DNA of 32,000 bases from Nitrososphaerota archaeon (GTDB taxonomy: Archaea > Thermoproteota > Nitrososphaeria > Nitrososphaerales > Nitrosopumilaceae). The notes beneath the pieces were generated by a model that saw nothing but the letters and a program-made list of their open reading frames with translations, was not told where the DNA came from and searched no databases. Where the stretch lies: contig JAPOPJ010000240.1 of assembly GCA_026712925.1 (NCBI GenBank), forward strand, positions 1 through 32,000, read 5' to 3'. This document shows, in pieces, positions 26,872-32,000 of this stretch. The translations under genes and the position numbers were made by a program. The number at the start of each line of letters is the position of its first letter. The stretch's first letter is position 1.

Positions 26872-26895
26872 TATATATAAAAGGACTATATAAAG
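26872..26895 (+). promoter_or_regulatory. Two adjacent TATA boxes upstream of tbp (TATATATAAAA and CTATATAAAG)
   Basis: Read directly. They lie about 26 nt upstream of TTG 26905 and ATG 26923 respectively. Confidence 0.5.
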
Positions 26896-26922
26896 CTCCT
26901 CGAATTGCCTCAGACAAAGCCC

Positions 26923-27468
26923 ATGGTTAGTGTAGAAAACGTTGTTGCATCTGCATCAGTAGAACAAAAGATTGATCTCAATGACATTACAAAAAAGTTT
27001 CCAGATACAGAATACCATCCAGAACAATTCCCAGGACTCGTATTCCGACTAAGCAATCCCAGAACTGCAACACTCATCTTTAGAACTGGAAAAATGGTGT
27101 GTACTGGGGCAAAATCCGAAGACATGGCAATCAAGGCCGTAAATACAGTAGTGCAAAAGCTGCGAAAGGGAAAGATCAAGATAAAAAATGACGCAGTAAT
27201 TACGGTACAAAATATTGTTGCGGCCATAAACTTGGGTGGAAAAATTCACCTAGAAAAGGCCGCAAGAACGCTTCCAAGGAGCATGTATGAACCAGAGCAG
27301 TTTCCAGGACTGATTCACAGGATGCTAGACCCAAAGACGGTAATCTTGCTGTTTGCCTCTGGAAAACTAGTCTGCACTGGAGCAAAAAAAGAATCAGATG
27401 TCTATCGCTCTGTATATAACCTGCATGCCCTACTTGAAGAAAAAAACCTCATGATATACGACCAGTGA
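26923..27468 (+). CDS. tbp: TATA-box binding protein
   Basis: Two internal repeats: EQFPGLVFRL..LIFRTGKMVCTGAKS and EQFPGLIHRM..LLFASGKLVCTGAKK. TTG at 26905 is an alternative start. Confidence 0.95.
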   Translation: MVSVENVVASASVEQKIDLNDITKKFPDTEYHPEQFPGLVFRLSNPRTATLIFRTGKMVCTGAKSEDMAIKAVNTVVQKLRKGKIKIKNDAVITVQNIVAAINLGGKIHLEKAARTLPRSMYEPEQFPGLIHRMLDPKTVILLFASGKLVCTGAKKESDVYRSVYNLHALLEEKNLMIYDQ

Positions 27469-27495
27469 GGCTGTATTACGCACCACAGTATCATC

Positions 27496-27594
27496 TAGTA
27501 TGATTCTAGTATGATTCTAGTATGATTCTAGTATGATTCTAGTATGATTCTAGTATGATTCTAGTATGATTCTAGTATGATTCTAGTATGATTT
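27496..27594. repeat. Tandem repeat TAGTATGATTC x9 (11 bp; last copy imperfect)
   Basis: Copies start at 27496, 27507, ... 27584, in the convergent spacer after tbp. A solitary GATTCTAGTATG occurs at 28433-28444. Confidence 0.95.
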
Positions 27595-27667
27595 CAAAAC
27601 TGCAGGCAGAATGTTCAAGTGATATTACCAGAATCGATATTACCAGAGTATAATAGAATCAGATGTA

Positions 27668-28354
27668 TTATCCTGTAAATGCGAAAGTAAAAGATGCTGA
27701 CTCTGAGCTACTCTCTGCTGTAATGGTAAATGTGCCAGACTCTTCCCACCCTGCACCACCGGCAATTGTAAGTGTAGAGTATCGCCCATCATCCCTTACA
27801 GGTATAGTCTCAGTCCAAGAGACTTGATTGTTCGGGTCAGTTATGGAGATGTTTACATTATCCAAGGTAGGTGAAATGCCGCTGATAGAGATTAGATCGC
27901 CCTTTTGGTACGACTGGAGATCTGCTCGGATTGAGAGAACATCAGGCTCGATTATGGGTGTATCAACAGGTAGTGCCGTATCATCAGGCTGTGAGCTCAT
28001 CGAGAGTGCTGCAGAGACCACAATTGCAAAGGCCACAACTAGAAATATTATCATCACTTTTTTGTTTTTTCCAGCAGACTCTGAGGCAGGAGTCGGTTTA
28101 ACTACCACCGTCCCGGTACTTTGAGGCGATGGTGGAATTTCCACATCAGGCGAAGAGATTGTGGGAGTTTTTGGTACCTTGACTTGTTGCACTCTTGAGA
28201 GATGTTTTTCTACCAACCTTTTTACATAATTACGTTCATAATTGCTAATTACCTCATCATGCTCACAGGCCCTCAAGATTTGCTTGAGGATTCGCTCATC
28301 ACCCATTTTCTTCTCTAATAGTTCCTTTACATCATCAGCAAGTAAGTCTGCCAT
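27668..28354 (-). CDS. Hypothetical single-pass membrane protein: cytoplasmic helical N-terminus, Pro-rich linker, TM segment and an extracellular beta-rich domain
   Basis: TM segment VMIIFLVVAFAIVVSAALSM. No catalytic motif was recognised. Confidence 0.55.
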   Translation of the reverse strand: MADLLADDVKELLEKKMGDERILKQILRACEHDEVISNYERNYVKRLVEKHLSRVQQVKVPKTPTISSPDVEIPPSPQSTGTVVVKPTPASESAGKNKKVMIIFLVVAFAIVVSAALSMSSQPDDTALPVDTPIIEPDVLSIRADLQSYQKGDLISISGISPTLDNVNISITDPNNQVSWTETIPVRDDGRYSTLTIAGGAGWEESGTFTITAESSSESASFTFAFTG

Positions 28355-28995
28355 TACTGCCTTGTTATAAAGACGGATTATTTATGGAATTACATTGAGC
28401 ATGTGATTGTGTCAGTGTGGCTGTGTAGTGGATGATTCTAGTATGTGAGTGTTCATAACTTGCAGTCAGATACCAACATGTATCTCTGTTGCAAGCATGA
28501 TACAAGTCATTTGGCCCACCTGACAGCATAAAAGCCTGCCACACCTACCTGTAAAACCACAAGACCACACGACTTTGTATCTGCTACAAATGACAAATAG
28601 AGGCAAATCTGACTACACATTACACTATATTGCAGTGATTTTACAAATTCAAAACATTTTGCTAGTTTTTTGACTTTGCATGCCGGGCATGTAGTTAATG
28701 GTGTATTTTATGCAGACATGGCACCAGCAGATGTCACGGCATGTCAAAATCTGTCTTGCATTGCTAAATCTAGAGCCTAGTTTGTCATCTGAGATGGTTG
28801 TGTTGAGCTAGAGATTCAATCTTGATATGGTCTCGAATTTGGAAAAAATATGTAGAAAAGTTATCAGATGATAATATTTTCAAAATATGCATCAATTCAG
28901 TCTTTAATGCCACATCCCAAAGACTGTCATCTGTAATATTACTCACAAAACCACACTACAGAACAATTACCAAGATGCAAGCCCATACAGGAGTG

Positions 28996-29003
28996 TTTTT
29001 AAA
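28996..29003 (+). promoter_or_regulatory. TATA box (TTTTTAAA) about 26 nt upstream of the P-II ATG
   Basis: Sequence and spacing read directly. Confidence 0.4.
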
Positions 29004-29025
29004 CCATTACAAGATAGAATATTAA

Positions 29026-29367
29026 ATGAAACGGATCGAAGCAACTATCCAATTCAACAAAACAGGAGCTGTATCCAATGCGATCAACGACTTGGTAGGC
29101 GGCTTTACCATCCTAGAGGGAAACGGTAGAGGTTCTGGTGCAAGACAAACAATTAGGTCAAGCAGAGGAACAGGGACTTTTGTTGCAGAATACAACAAGG
29201 TAGCCATAGTCTCAACAATAGTCGATGATTCCAAGGCAGATGCCGTGATTGTAGCAATATCAGAGGCAGCATTTACTGGAAACGGAGGCGATGGCATTAT
29301 TGTGACTAGTAACATAGATGAAGTCACAAACATCGCGTCAAAAAAGAGTGGTACCGAAGCCCTCTAA
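29026..29367 (+). CDS. P-II (GlnB/GlnK family) signal-transduction protein with a divergent T-loop
   Basis: 113 aa: MKRIEATIQ...GFTILEGNGRGSG...VAIVSTIVDDSKADAVIVAISEAAFTGNGGDGIIVTSNIDEVTNI follows the P-II pattern. Confidence 0.8.
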   Translation: MKRIEATIQFNKTGAVSNAINDLVGGFTILEGNGRGSGARQTIRSSRGTGTFVAEYNKVAIVSTIVDDSKADAVIVAISEAAFTGNGGDGIIVTSNIDEVTNIASKKSGTEAL

Positions 29368-30133
29368 CAATTTTTTTTCAAATACTATCAGCGAAAACTA
29401 TACACACAAAATATACAAGATTATTCTCTTCATAATATGAGTAAATTTGTAGAACCATACCAAAAAATTTGAATAAATCATGGAATAAACCATCGTATGA
29501 AATCATCAATCACATTACTGTGAAACCAAATATACGACATACACTAAAAATATCATGACAAAAGATTCTGCATGCATGAATTTTGTGATAAAGTCATTCA
29601 ATGAAATAGTACGTTTAGAAAAAAAATCCCACACTACTTGTAGATTTGAAGCGAATGCTGTACGTACCCTGTCTAAATTGGAACCTAAACGATTCAGATG
29701 AGGCTTTACTACAACTCACAATCACACAATTGTTACAGATTCTAGATGTATCTTATCATCACATACGTCTGTTTTGTTGGAACTGGTGCCACTGATAGTA
29801 GTTTTGTGAAATATTAGTAAAGACTGAGTATAATTAATTTACCAGCATAGATGTAAAACTCACTGTGTGTGGCACTCACCCTATGCGGGCTTGGATAAAT
29901 CAGAATGAAAATACAAATCAATAGAATTGTTAGACACCACACCCATTAAAACAAAATTTTATCAAAAAACCATACTTGACTCATGGGAATGTATTTTGAA
30001 TACTAGTATTGGCAAATATAAAATAGGCACAGATATTTTTCCCAAGCCTCAGATAGCCACCACTAAACTAGATTCAAACCAAGTTGGTTTTTTAGATACT
30101 CTTCATACTTTAGATTATTTCTTCTTGGCTTTT

Positions 30134-30448
30134 TTATGTATCATCTTTAGAATTTTGCAGTACAATGTCAAGTATTTTCTCAGGACTGTTACATGTGATA
30201 TCAAACTCCTTTTGTATGAATTGGGTGATAGTACTGTCCTCTTTGGTTTTATCGCTATCTCCTTCTCTCTTTATAAACGGCGAAAAAAATCTCTTGTCAT
30301 TGGATGCGATATAGGTTTTACAATTAGGAATGTGGATTTCAGATTCAGGGTCATCGATTAATGTCTTGTGCGTATCTGCTCGGTAACTGTTCACATCCAT
30401 ACTCCTGCAATCACAAAACATACATAGATTCTTTTCATTTATGCGCAA
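30134..30448 (-). CDS. Hypothetical small protein (third gene of the AT-rich operon; start uncertain, TTG 30448 or ATG 30421)
   Basis: Charged, protein-like composition, in contrast to the overlapping plus-strand ORF. Contains CMFCDC...HIPNC. Co-directional with the two upstream genes. Confidence 0.35.
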   Translation of the reverse strand: MRINEKNLCMFCDCRSMDVNSYRADTHKTLIDDPESEIHIPNCKTYIASNDKRFFSPFIKREGDSDKTKEDSTITQFIQKEFDITCNSPEKILDIVLQNSKDDT

Positions 30449-30489
30449 AATGTAATGGATCGTGAACAGATACCTTATTTGTGCAAGTA

Positions 30490-31392
30490 TTAGTTTATCA
30501 TAGTCATGCTTATTTTTGTTCTTTTTTTCTGACTTTTTATGTTCAGCAAGTTGAAGTGGTAGTTTTTTATTTTTATATTTAGCAAATAACTCATCAAACT
30601 TTTTTTTACATGCAATTGAGAAGCAGGCGCATTCTTTGCATGCCAGCTCAATTGAGTTTTGGGCATATTATTGATTTCTTCCAAACCCTTTTTTAATTCA
30701 TTCATCTGTTCAACACAATATGATGCGGCATTTTCGGCGGACTGATCATACAACCACTTACCATTGTCGATTTCATAATTAATTATATCACGCAACTCAT
30801 CTAGTCTATTACTAGACAGTGGTACACCATATCGTTTCCGTTCCTGGTTAGTGTATTTAGCTGCATAGTACGATGCAAGAGACAATAATGCTTTTAATCT
30901 CATATGTAAACCTGTTTTCTCGTACTTTTTCCAATCAATGTCTACCACTGGAAGCACAGAATACAAATATATCAAGTACGCAATGTCTCCCGATTCATGG
31001 ATATATGGTAATTTCCGGATGTCACGTGGGTATTTCACTTTAGGATTATCTGACTTAACCCGATGAAAGTAATCATCTTGTAACCGTACGGCTTCAGCAT
31101 CTTCTGGCACTTCTTTTTTTAATTTTTTCATTACGGCATACACTATTTTTTGTGCTACTGCTACTGTGTACAAATCAACGTATTTTGAAAAAATCTTTTT
31201 AGTGCGATATTCACCTTTCACTTGTGGTAAAAGTATGCCACCTACATTAGGATATGTAATTTGATCTTTAATTACCTCTAATAGTAGAGACGATTCATCA
31301 TAAAATCTGTCTCGTATGGGTATTACTCCTTCATAGACGGTATTAAAAGTAGCTGATAACATTACATTTGTGTCAGGTATTATTACATTCAA
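30490..31392 (-). CDS. Hypothetical protein with a possible N-terminal PIN-like nuclease domain
   Basis: MNVIIPDTNVM (PIN beta1 DTN pattern), then DESSLLLE, ESGDIAYLIYL and VVDIDW as candidate acidic residues. The C-terminal about 140 aa is helical and unrecognised. Confidence 0.4.
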   Translation of the reverse strand: MNVIIPDTNVMLSATFNTVYEGVIPIRDRFYDESSLLLEVIKDQITYPNVGGILLPQVKGEYRTKKIFSKYVDLYTVAVAQKIVYAVMKKLKKEVPEDAEAVRLQDDYFHRVKSDNPKVKYPRDIRKLPYIHESGDIAYLIYLYSVLPVVDIDWKKYEKTGLHMRLKALLSLASYYAAKYTNQERKRYGVPLSSNRLDELRDIINYEIDNGKWLYDQSAENAASYCVEQMNELKKGLEEINNMPKTQLSWHAKNAPASQLHVKKSLMSYLLNIKIKNYHFNLLNIKSQKKRTKISMTMIN

Positions 31393-31407
31393 TGCTATGT
31401 AAAAAAA

Positions 31408-31932
31408 CTAAGTACTAGTATCTAAGCTTTTCATTAGGAAGCGATACTGCCATCGTGCTTTGTCTTTGTCAGGTTTGAATTTATTAAAATCTACTACCTT
31501 GTTATGGGTAAGATCAATCAAATCCGTTATGTTGTCATACACTCGGTCTTTTCTTTCCTCAGTAATGGACGTATCTTTAGTGATGTCGAGTATGTTTTTT
31601 ATCAAATTTGACATCTTAGGAAACACCTGAATAAAGGATGCTTTTGGTTTCCAATGTGAATTTTTTTGTTCTGGTTGAAATTGTCCATCTTTGTAGATAC
31701 TAACTTGTTTGGCTACAATATGAACACGATCTGATGTGAAATGAATAGTGGCATCTGGAAACTGCTTTCCACCAATTTCGATATTTTCAATATTAAATTG
31801 TGCGTTGACCAGAATTAGTCTTGCAACACCAATAGCCATGCCAATGGGAATCCCATTAAAATTTTCAGCAGTTAGCCATGTTATCCTGTATTCATTTAAT
31901 TGTTGTCGTAATTCGAAAAACTCTCGAAACAT
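31408..31932 (-). CDS. Hypothetical protein (first gene of the AT-rich operon)
   Basis: 174-aa ORF with no motif recognised. ATATAAAAA (31953-31961, minus strand) lies about 25 nt upstream of the ATG. The frame stays open upstream to the window edge, so a longer product cannot be excluded. Confidence 0.45.
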   Translation of the reverse strand: MFREFFELRQQLNEYRITWLTAENFNGIPIGMAIGVARLILVNAQFNIENIEIGGKQFPDATIHFTSDRVHIVAKQVSIYKDGQFQPEQKNSHWKPKASFIQVFPKMSNLIKNILDITKDTSITEERKDRVYDNITDLIDLTHNKVVDFNKFKPDKDKARWQYRFLMKSLDTST

Positions 31933-32000
31933 ATATTCCTCTCCATTAGATGTTTTTATATCCAGCGATGGTGGCTCTGCGGGTTGGTGTCGCGCTCGAG

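Noticed and set aside
29927-30361. Plus-strand 144-aa ORF
   Set aside because: It has a TTG start and a Phe/Ile/Leu-rich composition typical of a random frame in AT-rich DNA. It overlaps the more protein-like minus-strand ORF, which is co-directional with the operon. Both calls remain weak.
31962-32000. The GC-rich window edge as a tRNA gene end
   Set aside because: I could not fold an acceptor/T-arm or acceptor/D-arm on either strand. The feature stays unresolved because it is truncated by the window.

Overview
The window looks like a chromosomal segment of an ammonia-oxidising thaumarchaeon (Nitrosopumilus-like). The key evidence is a complete archaeal ammonia monooxygenase locus, amoA-amoX-amoC on the minus strand with amoB divergent, at about 5.6-8.4 kb. 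It sits among housekeeping genes: uS15, a RecJ-like DHH protein, a Pcc1-like protein and SerRS with overlapping start/stop codons, plus eS1, TBP, P-II, a GGR-family flavoprotein, a NorQ/NorD-like AAA+/VWA pair and two tRNAs. Many genes have a TATA-like box about 25 nt upstream of the start codon, which suggests leaderless transcripts.

Three things stand out against this core.
1. Two visibly AT-richer islets carry uncharacterised genes. The first (21.0-24.5 kb) holds an XRE-HTH/ImmA-IrrE-like fusion with a degenerate metal motif, divergent from an HTH-fused C5 DNA methyltransferase with no visible endonuclease. The second (29.4-32.0 kb) is a minus-strand three-gene operon that includes a PIN-like protein, and it ends at an abrupt GC-rich junction at the window edge.
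2. Short tandem repeats with CTAG cores (13-bp x4, 11-bp x9, 12-bp x2-3 and others) lie in 3' or convergent intergenic spacers. A dispersed CCTAGTTTGT motif occurs as well.
3. There are several RNA-level oddities: a tRNA-Leu(UAA) that appears to carry two introns, twin hairpins with identical stems, a degenerate 13-14-bp repeat array upstream of the GGR-like gene, and an in-frame TAG splitting a 245-codon reading frame.

All functional calls come from motif recognition by eye. No database search or numerical computation was possible.
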